This document shows, in pieces, positions 39,039-49,490 of a stretch of 64,000 bases of DNA. The notes beneath the pieces are model-generated. The model saw only the letters and a list, made by a program, of their open reading frames with translations. It ran no database searches and was not told where the DNA came from. Both the position numbers and the translations under genes were made by a program. Each line of letters starts with the position of its first letter. Position 1 is the stretch's first letter. This DNA is from Opitutia bacterium (GTDB lineage: Bacteria; Verrucomicrobiota; Verrucomicrobiia; Opitutales; Seribacteraceae): positions 783 through 64,782 of the forward strand of contig JABGWZ010000065.1 in assembly GCA_018675995.1 (NCBI GenBank), read 5' to 3'.

Positions 39039-39816
39039 AAGCCAATTATCCTTGATAGCACTGATGCTTTTTCCCTTTTTCACAAATGGGGAACTTGCAA
39101 CAAAGAAAAGTTTACTCTTTTTTTTCGATAAAATTGAAATTAAAGGGAATGTGGATGTTTTTTTAGTAAAAGGAAAAAGATCACGCGAGGTTACTCTTTT
39201 TGCAGACTCTGAAATAATTGATTCCGTTTACACCAAAGTAAAATCTAAAACATTATATATCGACGCCAATAACACTTATTCACTAGCTAGACGAATTCCA
39301 TTTATAAGGATTAATGCGGAACGAAAATACCCGGTAGAAATTATTGTTTCAGTAGATAGTTTGAAAGAAATAAGGCTTTTGGAAAATGCAAACTTGACTG
39401 TGAAAGAACTTTCCACGGAAAAAGTATCATTTTTTTCAGAGAGTTCAGGGAAATTGCATATTGAAGATATCGCAGCTTCACAACTTAATGTTATCCATAC
39501 TGGATCTGGAGACATCGTTCTGAAGGGCAAAAACCTTCGCGAGATAAATGCAAAAGTTTCTGGAAACGGAAACTTGATTGCATCGGACCTTGATGTTATC
39601 CGAGCAACCCTTACTCATCAAGGTACGGGTGTAGTACACTTGGCACCGTCAACCTGGCTCGATGCAAGAATGCTTAACAACGGAAATCTTTTTCTACATG
39701 CCACTCCATCCAATCTTGTTATCGACCAACAAGGAACTGGTAAAGTGAAAGATATTTTGCCCGAAGCAAAGGCGATCTACGAAGTCAATGCAACAAAACC
39801 TGCACTGCAAAACTAA
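39019..39816 (+). CDS. Exported protein with GIN (DUF2807, adhesin-head-like) domain
   Basis: Signal-peptide-like N-terminus (ATG 39019 preferred) and repeated strands (SGKLHI, GSGDIVL, GNGNLIA, GTGVVHL, GTGKV). Confidence 0.75.
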   Translation: MGRKSLKSQLSLIALMLFPFFTNGELATKKSLLFFFDKIEIKGNVDVFLVKGKRSREVTLFADSEIIDSVYTKVKSKTLYIDANNTYSLARRIPFIRINAERKYPVEIIVSVDSLKEIRLLENANLTVKELSTEKVSFFSESSGKLHIEDIAASQLNVIHTGSGDIVLKGKNLREINAKVSGNGNLIASDLDVIRATLTHQGTGVVHLAPSTWLDARMLNNGNLFLHATPSNLVIDQQGTGKVKDILPEAKAIYEVNATKPALQN

Positions 39817-40658
39817 ATAACTACAGTCTCTCCCTCAATCGCAGGTCGAACTCCCCCTCTGATCAATGCAACCTCTTTTGCAATTTTGTCCATAACAACA
39901 TCGCTATGAGAGGGATCATGATGAAATAAAAATGTTTGCTTAACATTTGCGGCATCAGCAACTTTTATTGCCTCCTGCCAAGTAGAATGCCCCCAACCCT
40001 TAAAATTTGGATAACTTTCTTCGGTGTATGCTGCATCATACACCATGACGTCAGCGTCTTTAGCCAAAGCGACCACATTATCATCTATTCTGCCTTCATA
40101 GTGTTCTGTATCAGTGCAAATCGCAATGATCTTGCCCTCAAACTCGATACGGTAACCACAAGCACCATTAGGATGATTTAGCTGACCAGTTTTAATCAAA
40201 ATCCCACCATCTAAATCAAATTCATGACCACAATCATAATCATTAAAAGAACAGGCTTTTTCAATCAAAGAACTGGGAACTGGGAAAACTGGATCTTTCA
40301 TCAACATTGTTCCGATGATACCATGTAAATCATACTTATCTCCAGCAAGGTGACCCGCGTGCAAACGGACATCGCTGTTTGCATTATAAAGAGGAGCAAA
40401 AAAAGGAAGGCCCTGAATGTGATCCATATGAGTATGAGTAAAAAACAAATCAGCATTGAGTAGATTCTGCTCTTCTATCATGATTTGCTTGCCCAGTAAT
40501 CGGATTCCAGTTCCGGCATCAATAATAACTCTTTTTGAACCACAAAAAATTTCAAAGCAAGTAGTGTTGCCACCGTACTTCACAGTGTCAGGACCAGGAC
40601 AGGGAATGCTTCCACGGGTACCCCAGAATTTAATACTCAAAGATGTAGGGCTGCTCAT
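39813..40658 (-). CDS. MBL-fold metallo-hydrolase (phosphodiesterase-like)
   Basis: FWGTRGSIP, YGGNTTC, DAGTG, THTHMDHIQG, HP, TDTEH, WGHS, FHHDP. Confidence 0.9.
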   Translation of the reverse strand: MSSPTSLSIKFWGTRGSIPCPGPDTVKYGGNTTCFEIFCGSKRVIIDAGTGIRLLGKQIMIEEQNLLNADLFFTHTHMDHIQGLPFFAPLYNANSDVRLHAGHLAGDKYDLHGIIGTMLMKDPVFPVPSSLIEKACSFNDYDCGHEFDLDGGILIKTGQLNHPNGACGYRIEFEGKIIAICTDTEHYEGRIDDNVVALAKDADVMVYDAAYTEESYPNFKGWGHSTWQEAIKVADAANVKQTFLFHHDPSHSDVVMDKIAKEVALIRGGVRPAIEGETVVI

Positions 40659-40670
40659 AATTGAATCTTT

Positions 40671-40700
40671 ATATTAGGATTAACTGATTACCTTTGGCAA
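40671..40700 (-). promoter_or_regulatory. Putative promoter for the MBL hydrolase
   Basis: TTGCCA-N18-TAATAT, 12 nt before the ATG. Confidence 0.4.
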
Positions 40701-40733
40701 CAACCAAACACTACCGGATGAAACCACTACAAT

Positions 40734-41717
40734 CTATTCCCGGTCAAGCCAATCGCCGTTCTCATTTTGATAAGAATCAGTATAAATTCCGTCCCCCCAA
40801 TCATATAAGCCTTCCATAGCTAAGCCATTTTTGAACTGACCAGTGAAACTTGTTCCATCCCCAAAGTTTAAAGTTCCCAGACCTTCTTTTTCTCCACGAA
40901 ACCAAGAACCACTGTAAACGGCCCCCGAAAAATCACTTTGCGTTCCTTCTCCATCAGGTACTCCATTAACAAACTCTCCAGAATAAACCGCTCCATCCGA
41001 TTCTTTGAGAATTCCATAGCCATCATATACGCCTAGCTTAAATGACCCTATAAAGATACTACCGTCAATTAAACTTAAAATCCCCTGACCAGAAAATTCA
41101 TTATTTTGAAAGTCGCCACTGTAATGTTCTCCACCAATTGTACGCAGACTCCCCCTTTCAAACAACCCCTGGTTCTTGAATGTTCCGCTGTATTCTCTTC
41201 CATCCTCCAGTTTCATAAAACCTTCGCTCAAATATTCGCCTTCCCATTTCCCGGACATGAGCACCCCGTTTGGACTTTTATATTCTCCAATGTACATACT
41301 ATCATTTTTCCAATCTCCCACTAAAGTTGAACCATCGAGTATGACAAGTGTACCAAAACCATTTCTTTTACCGCTCTTCCAACTACCTACATATTGATCG
41401 AGTTTATCGTCAGATTTATATTTCATCGTTCCATGTCCATGAGCTAACCCATTTTTATACTGCCCTTCATAAATATCTCCGTTAACTAATTCGTGTTTAC
41501 CATAACCATTAGGTTCGCCCATAACGAGTTGGCCTTCATAAACGGATCCATCCTTGAAAATATGCCTTCCCTGTTTAGCTTCTTTCTTTAGACTAAGAGA
41601 TTCCCGAGAGGATGGCATTGCCTTATCTTCGTCAACTTCCTGACTACAACCAATAAATAGCAATGCATTGATTGATAATAGAAAAGAATATGTATTTTTA
41701 ATTTTTTGTAGTCCCAC
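40734..41717 (-). CDS. MORN-repeat lipoprotein
   Basis: Lipobox-like FIGC and about 11 repeats of xG..Y.G.W/F..G...G.G. The GTG start is 1 nt after the gspF stop. Confidence 0.88.
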   Translation of the reverse strand: MGLQKIKNTYSFLLSINALLFIGCSQEVDEDKAMPSSRESLSLKKEAKQGRHIFKDGSVYEGQLVMGEPNGYGKHELVNGDIYEGQYKNGLAHGHGTMKYKSDDKLDQYVGSWKSGKRNGFGTLVILDGSTLVGDWKNDSMYIGEYKSPNGVLMSGKWEGEYLSEGFMKLEDGREYSGTFKNQGLFERGSLRTIGGEHYSGDFQNNEFSGQGILSLIDGSIFIGSFKLGVYDGYGILKESDGAVYSGEFVNGVPDGEGTQSDFSGAVYSGSWFRGEKEGLGTLNFGDGTSFTGQFKNGLAMEGLYDWGDGIYTDSYQNENGDWLDRE

Positions 41718-41718
41718 T

Positions 41719-42978
41719 TCAGTAGCTTATACTTTTACTTACTTGAAATATACTACTTACGATAGAAATTGCAACAAGTGCAACCAAAGAAAAAGCAAAA
41801 CCTAAAGCACCACCAGATACCAAGGTAGTCATGGTCTTAATCTTTTTAGTCAATTGAAGGCGAAAGGCCTTACTGCTATCCTCCATGCTATTGCCTAAGT
41901 TACCAGTCCTCTCCCCAACCTCAAGAATATCAAGTTGCATGAGAGGCATTAGTCTAAACTTCCTTAAAGCCTCAGGCAAAGACTTCCCTTCATTGACCAA
42001 AGCACGAGCTGAACGGAACTTGTTTCGGATGTAACGATTTTTGATCGTCTTCTCGCATAATCTCAGGTTTTCGGTTAAACCAATGCCACTCCAAATTAAG
42101 GTTGATAATAAACTCGCTAACTGAAACATTTCGGATAAATAAAAAATATTCCCAAAAAGAGGTAGTTTAAGCAAAGACTGATCGAATGCCATCCCACCTT
42201 TTTCAGTTTTGCTCCACTGCAGAACTGATGCAGAGGCAATTAAAAGAGCGAGAAGAAAAAAAGGACCCACTGCGAGAACCCAATTTGAACCATTAATTAA
42301 AACTTTTGCCATTAAATTAAGTTCTCCCCCTAGAGAAGCCAGCATTTCCTCAATTTGCGGTAATAGAAAAAATAAAAAAAACAACACCACCCCAAAGGCG
42401 ATCAATCCAACAAAAACAGGATAAGCCATACTGCCCAAAACCTTCGATCGAATTTCTCGCTTTTCTTCCAAATGAGAAATCACCTTTTTTAAAATTGGTG
42501 AAACATTTCCTGTTGCCTCACCTGCTTCAATCACAAAGCTGGACGACTCGCTAAAATATTGTGGTAAGTTTCTCATCGAACGTGATAAAGTTTTTCCCTC
42601 GGCCAATTCTTTCCATAAAACCCCGGCTATTTCTTTTTGGCCAGGATCTGAAAGTCGCTGATTAAGTAACTTCACCGCATCTGCGATCGGCATACCACTG
42701 CTGTGAAGCTCGAGCAACCTTTTGAGAAATTCGAGTCCTATTTTTTCTCCCTTTCCACCAAGTGACCTCTTTTTTCCCCCTCGGAGCTTATTTTGCAAAC
42801 TTACATTTTTTTTTGTCTTAGTTTTGCTTTTCCCTCCGTCTCCGGAAGCTTTTACCTTGATCGGGGTTAAGCCATTTTGCTTAATTTTAAGGCGTGCCTC
42901 CTTGATGTCGTTAGCAACAATCTCGCCAGGCGCAGTTTTCCCACGAAGGTCAATGGCAACATAACTAAACCGAGCCAT
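41719..42978 (-). CDS. gspF: T2SS inner-membrane platform protein F
   Basis: SSGMPI, AGEATG, YPVFV, GERTGNL. Located in the T2SS operon. Confidence 0.88.
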   Translation of the reverse strand: MARFSYVAIDLRGKTAPGEIVANDIKEARLKIKQNGLTPIKVKASGDGGKSKTKTKKNVSLQNKLRGGKKRSLGGKGEKIGLEFLKRLLELHSSGMPIADAVKLLNQRLSDPGQKEIAGVLWKELAEGKTLSRSMRNLPQYFSESSSFVIEAGEATGNVSPILKKVISHLEEKREIRSKVLGSMAYPVFVGLIAFGVVLFFLFFLLPQIEEMLASLGGELNLMAKVLINGSNWVLAVGPFFLLALLIASASVLQWSKTEKGGMAFDQSLLKLPLFGNIFYLSEMFQLASLLSTLIWSGIGLTENLRLCEKTIKNRYIRNKFRSARALVNEGKSLPEALRKFRLMPLMQLDILEVGERTGNLGNSMEDSSKAFRLQLTKKIKTMTTLVSGGALGFAFSLVALVAISIVSSIFQVSKSISY

Positions 42979-42989
42979 TCGAAAAATTG

Positions 42990-44789
42990 TTATACATTTG
43001 AAACAAAATCATTCTGCTCATCTACAGCTACCGCAGAATCTGAGTAGCGGATGACTTCATCGACTGTAGTTAATCCACGCTTAATCTGACTCCAACCACT
43101 TGACTGAAGAGTGCTCATTCCCTCCCTCAAGGCAACCTCCCGAATATCCGGAGCTGAAGCACTCTTAATAACTAGACTATGTATCGGTTCACTCATTCTC
43201 ATTAATTCAAAAATGCCTACCCTACCCCGATAGCCAAGGTTTTGACAATCGGGACACCCAAACGCTTCCAAAATTTTGTCCTTATATTTAATTTCTGATT
43301 CTTCTGCATCTAATAAGGCAAGGGATGCAATAATTTCCATATCTGATTTTGTAGTCGGCTTGGAACATTTAGAACAGAGTCTGCGAACTAGTCTTTGCGC
43401 AATAACCATCTCAACTGAAGAAGCGATCAGAAAAGGTTCTATTTCCATATCTATTAACCGAGTAATTGCACCTGGGGCGTCATTTGTGTGCAGAGTACTT
43501 AAAACCAAATGCCCGGTTAAGGAAGCACGAATCGCAATATCAGCAGTTTCTCGGTCTCGAATTTCTCCAACCATAATGACATCGGGGTCCTGTCGTAAAA
43601 TTTCCCGTAATGCACTTGCAAAAGTGAAGCCTATTTCAGAATTAACCTGTGTCTGATTGATGCCAGCGACTTCATACTCCACTGGATCCTCTACAGTCAT
43701 TATCCTACGTTCGGGTTTATGAATTCTACGAATGAAAGCGGTTAATGAAGTTGATTTACCTGACCCAGTCGGTCCAGTGACAAGGACGATACCGTGAGGC
43801 TTTTCCAAAACTGAAATGATATTTCTTTCGTCAATGCCCAACAAACCGAGTTCCTTCATAGAAAGTGGCTGTGATTTTTCATTTAAAAGACGTAGACTAA
43901 TACTTTCTCCGTACAGAGTCGGTAAGGTGGAAACTCGAATATCTAAATCACTTTGCCCTTGAGAAAATGTTATCCTTCCACCCTGAGGTCTTCTTTTCTC
44001 AGATATATTAATACCACTCATGATCTTGATACGGGATATTATTGCGTCCTGGAAGCTACGAAGATTATCTGGCACACGAACTGGTACAAGTTGTCCGTCA
44101 ATCCGGTAACGAATCTGTAGTGTGTCCTTGTGAGGCTCAAAATGAATATCAGTGGCTCGGTCCACAATTGCGCGTTGGATAACCTCATTTACAAAGCGAA
44201 TAATCGCGGCATTTTGATCTTCTAGATCATCCTGCTCATCTTCCTCCCCATCCTCCTCAAAATCTTCATCATCCAAACTGTCTGCCCCAACTCCGAAATT
44301 TTCTGTGATCGCTCTCGAAATCTTTTCGGGAGACCCCAAGCGCCAAAGGGGCTTAAGACCTGAAACCGCAAAAACCCATCGACTCATTTTTTCCGAAGGT
44401 GGCCACGGTGTGACAATGCATAGTTTTCCACCCGCATTGATTTCCGTTGGTAAACAACAATAGTTGTGTATCAACCTCATCGAAAGCAGCTTAGTTGGAT
44501 TTTCCGGTAATTCAAAGTCTTCAATATATTCAAGGTCAGTTCTTCGACCTATTTCTACCATAATATCGACAACCGGCTTTGAATACTTGGATGCAAGGAG
44601 CCTAGCACGGTCTTCCTTCGGCGAATTTAAAATATTTAAACGATCCAAGTCAGCCAGATCCGGCCACCAATCCATATGTTCAAAGCTCTGATTAAAATCG
44701 AAAGCCAAATTCGAATTTTCACCACTTCCCTCTTCTGAATTTTCATTCTCATTCTCTGCTTTTTGAGTTCTGCTTTTTATTCCAACCAT
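42990..44789 (-). CDS. gspE: T2SS ATPase E
   Basis: [41 protein letters not shown]...CPDC. Confidence 0.92.
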   Translation of the reverse strand: MVGIKSRTQKAENENENSEEGSGENSNLAFDFNQSFEHMDWWPDLADLDRLNILNSPKEDRARLLASKYSKPVVDIMVEIGRRTDLEYIEDFELPENPTKLLSMRLIHNYCCLPTEINAGGKLCIVTPWPPSEKMSRWVFAVSGLKPLWRLGSPEKISRAITENFGVGADSLDDEDFEEDGEEDEQDDLEDQNAAIIRFVNEVIQRAIVDRATDIHFEPHKDTLQIRYRIDGQLVPVRVPDNLRSFQDAIISRIKIMSGINISEKRRPQGGRITFSQGQSDLDIRVSTLPTLYGESISLRLLNEKSQPLSMKELGLLGIDERNIISVLEKPHGIVLVTGPTGSGKSTSLTAFIRRIHKPERRIMTVEDPVEYEVAGINQTQVNSEIGFTFASALREILRQDPDVIMVGEIRDRETADIAIRASLTGHLVLSTLHTNDAPGAITRLIDMEIEPFLIASSVEMVIAQRLVRRLCSKCSKPTTKSDMEIIASLALLDAEESEIKYKDKILEAFGCPDCQNLGYRGRVGIFELMRMSEPIHSLVIKSASAPDIREVALREGMSTLQSSGWSQIKRGLTTVDEVIRYSDSAVAVDEQNDFVSNV

Positions 44790-44794
44790 AATAA

Positions 44795-45307
44795 CTATTT
44801 CCGCGGTGGACTAATTCGAGGTGGAACCCGGTTTTTAGATTGGGTATTTGGCCTTTTGGGAGAAGATATTTGCGGTTTTGATAAAGATGTTTTTTTGATT
44901 GGTTGACCACTTGGAACAGGAAGCACAAGGTTCGAAGCATTTTTTAATGTAAGGGAAAAACCTCCCTTTAGTTTAACCTCTTCGGAATCTTCGTCGTATC
45001 CAACAATCTCAACCTTGCCATCGTCAAATCTCTCGCCAATTTTCAACCACGCACCTTTATTCTTTGATCGATCGTGAAGACTAAAGTACCACTCATCTTG
45101 GAAGAGAAACATCCCTCTCAATTCAACATTTGGGTTCATTGATACAGGAGCAGGGGGCTGAGGAGCAGGGCGAACAACTGTGGGAGGTTTTGCTTTTCGC
45201 GAACCTGGTCGCTCAAAAGGATTTACATTTTGAGCGGTAAGAAAAGGACCCAAAAAAAGTAAAGTAATAACTCCTGTAAAAAAAATAAACTTACTCTTCA
45301 AATTCAT
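44795..45307 (-). CDS. GspC(HR)/PilP-like protein, no PDZ domain
   Basis: Hydrophobic N-terminus, NPF motif, Pro-rich linker and beta-domain ELRGMF...WLKIGE..DG...IV. It lies between gspD and gspE. Confidence 0.6.
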   Translation of the reverse strand: MNLKSKFIFFTGVITLLFLGPFLTAQNVNPFERPGSRKAKPPTVVRPAPQPPAPVSMNPNVELRGMFLFQDEWYFSLHDRSKNKGAWLKIGERFDDGKVEIVGYDEDSEEVKLKGGFSLTLKNASNLVLPVPSGQPIKKTSLSKPQISSPKRPNTQSKNRVPPRISPPRK

Positions 45308-45312
45308 TAAAA

Positions 45313-47640
45313 TTAGAAATTAGGTTTACTGGATTGAACATCCTTATTAAATTTAGATCTCTCTTGCTTTCCATCAATATCCGGCATTCCTAAAATATGT
45401 CCAGAAGGGGAACGAAATTTGGGTGCGTATTCGGCCTGAATACGGTCATCAATCGTTTTAACATTCTCGGCAGTATCATCTTGACCAGACTTGATAATTG
45501 TTGGCTTAAGAAAAATAAGCAGTTCAGTCGGAGTATATTTTATGGTTTTAGGCTTAAAAAACCTATCCCCGAAATAAGGAATATCACTAAGCAAGTTATA
45601 CTTTGATTCAGTGGAGTCTACCTGTACTTCCTGAAGACCGCCTAGGACAATAATTTCTTCATCCCGAATGGTTACAAATGATTTTGCTTCACGAACTTTC
45701 TTTCCTGGAGCACTCTGCCCCTCATAAGTATTACTCTGAGTTTCGTCAAACTTTTCAGCTTTTACCTCTACCTCCATAAAAATCGACCCCTTAGAAATAA
45801 TTGTTCCATTCTCATCCATCAAGGGAAGTCCAATTTTAGGTTTTTTTATTTCCAAAGAGGTTTTGGCAGTAATTTTCTGCAAATTACCGCCAGATGATGT
45901 CCCAGTACTCCCACCAGCATAGACATTGGGGATAACTAAAGACCTTTCATCTTCAATCAAAATGTGAACTTCTGGGGCATTATGGGAGACCATAAGGGAG
46001 GGCGTGGAAAAAATCCGGACATCATTTCTCTCCGAGGAAAGAGAAAATATCTGATCCCAGCGCAGTCCAGTTAGTTTCCAATCCTCCATTTGAAAAGGCA
46101 TGCTTGAATTTAAGCCAGGTATACCCAATACACCCTCGAAACTGTTTGTTTTTTGAGGAGCACTGACTGTTGTAGTACCATCTGAACCTGGAACATTAAT
46201 ATTAGTCACCTCTCCAAATAAACCCTCCCCCCTTTCTCCTCTCGCGTACTTAGACCATTCTAACCCTCCAAACAGTGCATCAATTCCGCGTTGATTCTGT
46301 TCAGACAAATCTACCATAACAAAGATTGTATCAATACGTGCGAGCGGCAGTGGCTCGTCTAACGATGCGATCATTTTACCTACTTCCTCAATATCACCTT
46401 TTGTACCGTACACTAAAATGGCATTACTGCGTTCGTCCGCAGATATTGAAATAAAATCACTAAATTCATGAGAACTGTCACCGCTTTCTGTAGCAGTGGT
46501 GGGCTGACCAGTTGTTGCAGCAACTTTTTTACCACCAGGAAGGGCAGCTTGTGTTGTCGCCCCCTGGGGTACTATTTTTTTGTTCCCCTGTAGCTTACTT
46601 TTAATCTGCTTTTGATTATTGATTACTTCATCTAAGATTTTTTGAATTGCGGGGGCTTCGGCGTGCTGGAGCTTGAACAGTTTGCTTGTTGTTTTCATTT
46701 TTACGGGAGAATCCAATGTTTCGAGTATAAATTCAATAGTAGGAATATTCTCTTTCCTGGTAACCACGATCAATTTACCCGTTCGATCATCAGAATCTAC
46801 TTGAGTGGTCCCACCCAAAAAAGATTTCAAACTCCCCTCAATCATTGCTTTCAATTTGGTTTCGAGCTCTCTTGCACCAGCGTGAAGTGTATTATGTACA
46901 AAAAATTCTGTACCCAATTCTTCAGCACTTATCGGGCGGTCAATTCCTTCCAAAAGCCTTTCCATTCTTTGTAAATTCAAAAGCGAATCTGTAATTAAAA
47001 TACTGTTTGCTTTTTCGAAAACCAATAAACTACCCACATTAGGAGTTGAAAAAGGATTTAACTGTTCACGAACCTCAATCGCAGGAGCATATTGAAGGTG
47101 GAACATTTTAACATATATTCTTTGACTTGGTTTTAAAGCAGATGCTGGCCCCTCAATCCAAATTGGCACATAAACATTCATATTTGTTGCAGGTACAGCC
47201 TTAAAAAAACGTTCGCCTATCTTGGTGATACCGACACCATTCATTGCCAAAAGACTTTCTAATGCACGAAGGGTTTCTCTTTTTGTTAAAATAGAAAAAC
47301 TATCAAAATTAATTTTAACAGCAGGTAAATTCTGCGGTCTCAAAATATACCTTTCAGTAATTAATTGAATCATATCCAAAATAGAATTCGTATCACTGTC
47401 CCTAAGCTTTAGCCTTTCCATAGGCTCATCAAGTCCATCTATTGACAAAAGTTCGTCTGGGTCGGAAGTTAGAAAGTCCATTCCCAACTCAGATTCCAGA
47501 AACTGATTAGAACCAGTAATTGGCTGTTCAGTTTGCTCGACTGGAACCCCTTGTCCAAAAACGGTCAAGTGAAAAGTTAGCGAAATCCAAAAAACAACTA
47601 GTTTAACCATTGGGATACGATAAAATGTTTCTATTGTCAT
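45313..47640 (-). CDS. gspD: T2SS secretin D
   Basis: N-domains (LQYAPA, ERSNAILV), secretin FSTPSLMV, IVLGGL, LSDIPYFG, ELLIFLKPTII. Confidence 0.92.
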   Translation of the reverse strand: MTIETFYRIPMVKLVVFWISLTFHLTVFGQGVPVEQTEQPITGSNQFLESELGMDFLTSDPDELLSIDGLDEPMERLKLRDSDTNSILDMIQLITERYILRPQNLPAVKINFDSFSILTKRETLRALESLLAMNGVGITKIGERFFKAVPATNMNVYVPIWIEGPASALKPSQRIYVKMFHLQYAPAIEVREQLNPFSTPNVGSLLVFEKANSILITDSLLNLQRMERLLEGIDRPISAEELGTEFFVHNTLHAGARELETKLKAMIEGSLKSFLGGTTQVDSDDRTGKLIVVTRKENIPTIEFILETLDSPVKMKTTSKLFKLQHAEAPAIQKILDEVINNQKQIKSKLQGNKKIVPQGATTQAALPGGKKVAATTGQPTTATESGDSSHEFSDFISISADERSNAILVYGTKGDIEEVGKMIASLDEPLPLARIDTIFVMVDLSEQNQRGIDALFGGLEWSKYARGERGEGLFGEVTNINVPGSDGTTTVSAPQKTNSFEGVLGIPGLNSSMPFQMEDWKLTGLRWDQIFSLSSERNDVRIFSTPSLMVSHNAPEVHILIEDERSLVIPNVYAGGSTGTSSGGNLQKITAKTSLEIKKPKIGLPLMDENGTIISKGSIFMEVEVKAEKFDETQSNTYEGQSAPGKKVREAKSFVTIRDEEIIVLGGLQEVQVDSTESKYNLLSDIPYFGDRFFKPKTIKYTPTELLIFLKPTIIKSGQDDTAENVKTIDDRIQAEYAPKFRSPSGHILGMPDIDGKQERSKFNKDVQSSKPNF

Positions 47641-47653
47641 ATAATTTTCAGAT

Positions 47654-48196
47654 TTACTGATTTACAAACTCAACTGAACTAACGACAAAGAGTGCATCAT
47701 AGGTTGTTGGCTCGTAGGGTCTGGACGGATACTTAGGCTCAATCTTCACTTCACTTAAAAACATATATGGGCTTTCCTGCCGAATAAGACTGGCAAACTC
47801 ATTCACGGCATCATAAGAGGCTCTTGCGAATTTTATCCTAACCCTGTGCTGGGAATATCTCTCTCTTTCCTCAGTATCCAATTCCTTGTAATCTCTTTGA
47901 GGATAAACCTGCCGAGAAAGAGCATCAGTGCGATTCGTAAGATTAGTTTTATCGTAACTTTTGTTCGCTTGCTCAAGCTTTTGCTTTTCCAAGGCTAAAT
48001 CTATTCCAGGCTTAAGATTAATGACCATTTTATGACCTTCGATTACAGATTGTGTTGTCTGCCATTCGTGGTGTAGAGATAATCCGCTTTGTAGTATTTT
48101 AAAAGCGCAAACCAAAACAATAACCCAAAGCGAGAGCAAAAGCAGAGTTTGTTCTCGGTTATTAAACCTGAAGAATATTTTCTTTACGGCGTTCAT
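47654..48196 (-). CDS. GspM-like inner-membrane protein
   Basis: NNREQTLL followed by a TM helix, a coiled segment and a ferredoxin-like C-domain. It follows the gspL-like gene. Confidence 0.7.
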   Translation of the reverse strand: MNAVKKIFFRFNNREQTLLLLSLWVIVLVCAFKILQSGLSLHHEWQTTQSVIEGHKMVINLKPGIDLALEKQKLEQANKSYDKTNLTNRTDALSRQVYPQRDYKELDTEERERYSQHRVRIKFARASYDAVNEFASLIRQESPYMFLSEVKIEPKYPSRPYEPTTYDALFVVSSVEFVNQ

Positions 48197-49455
48197 CCTT
48201 CAGATTTGTCCGGAGAGAAAGAGGAAGGTTCTCTCATAAATGCAGATTTAATAGGAACTTCTTCAATAAGTTTAAATTCGATATCAAAAGACATTTTGCC
48301 TTTTGCACTCTTAATTTCCCTCATCTCCTCACCAGATCTTCCAACCCGTACAGTGGCCACATTATTTTTCTTTAAACTTTCTATAAAGTTATTCATAACT
48401 TCAATCGTTTCACAAACACCCTCAAGAGCAACTTCGTTACGACTCTCAAAATGAGCCATTGAAAAGTAAAGGCTCGGTTTATCATCAGTACCTCCACGAT
48501 AAGCAGCGAAACGAACTAAGGAACCGAAGGGGTCGATACCCCCTAACTTGTTTTGACGAAGTTTTTCAAGAAGCTTTTGGGATTCAATTACTAAAGGAAC
48601 CTCCGATGCCATTTTTTGGCTAAGAAGTTTTTTATCATCCAACTTGACACCCATTATTTTAATTCCAGCAAACGCTAACAGCATGGCCGCCATACCAACA
48701 CTCCACGCGATCATTCCCTTCCATCGAGCTCGGGCCAACTTTCTCGTTGCCTGCTCCGCATCCTTGAAATCACTTTGCCTTAAATCAGATGTCCATAAGG
48801 CATCAGCATCAACAACCACATCCTGGTCAATCTCTAAGTCTGCATCTTTTCCATCTAACCATTCGTGCTCAAATCGAAAAAAACCATCTTTTGTACGTAT
48901 AACATCGTGAGCAACCAAAATATCCTTTGAGATTTCATACTTTTCTAAATTAAATAAAGAAAGAAGTTTCCCACGGGCATGTTCAACCGCCTCATCACCC
49001 TCATCTTCATCAAGGGCCAAAGAGTACAACAAATCCGGAATATTCGAGTCAGTTTGAAAAGCCCCTGCTGTTAGAGTGTCCTCGAACAACATAAAAGCCA
49101 AAGTGGGTTCTGTGTACTCTTTTCCTAACAATGAAATAAAGGAGGGGAAAACTCTTCGAAAATATTCAAGATTCTGCCAGCCCATTTGCCTAAGCTTTAG
49201 CAATGGAGTAGCAAAAATGAAAATTTGTTCATTCGCTTCATTTGCCTGAAACCCCCATGCCAATTGGTCAGCTGGATAGGGAGAAAAAACCCCTCCATTT
49301 AAAACAAACTCAGCAAAGTCCTGATATTTTTCAGGCTTCAGTGAGGATGGTAGCTCAATTGTGTCACAAAAAAAGTGCTCCCCAGGAATACGAAGGGTAA
49401 TTTCTCGAAGTTCTCTAACTGGGAACTCAGTTACTTTTTCTGAGGGGTCAGCCAT
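48193..49455 (-). CDS. GspL-like inner-membrane protein
   Basis: Large cytoplasmic domain, a single TM helix (IAWSVGMAAMLLAFAG) and a periplasmic VALEG domain. It follows gspK. Confidence 0.7.
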   Translation of the reverse strand: MADPSEKVTEFPVRELREITLRIPGEHFFCDTIELPSSLKPEKYQDFAEFVLNGGVFSPYPADQLAWGFQANEANEQIFIFATPLLKLRQMGWQNLEYFRRVFPSFISLLGKEYTEPTLAFMLFEDTLTAGAFQTDSNIPDLLYSLALDEDEGDEAVEHARGKLLSLFNLEKYEISKDILVAHDVIRTKDGFFRFEHEWLDGKDADLEIDQDVVVDADALWTSDLRQSDFKDAEQATRKLARARWKGMIAWSVGMAAMLLAFAGIKIMGVKLDDKKLLSQKMASEVPLVIESQKLLEKLRQNKLGGIDPFGSLVRFAAYRGGTDDKPSLYFSMAHFESRNEVALEGVCETIEVMNNFIESLKKNNVATVRVGRSGEEMREIKSAKGKMSFDIEFKLIEEVPIKSAFMREPSSFSPDKSEG

Positions 49456-49490
49456 AAAAATGGATAATTAGATTAGCAAAATTCATACTC

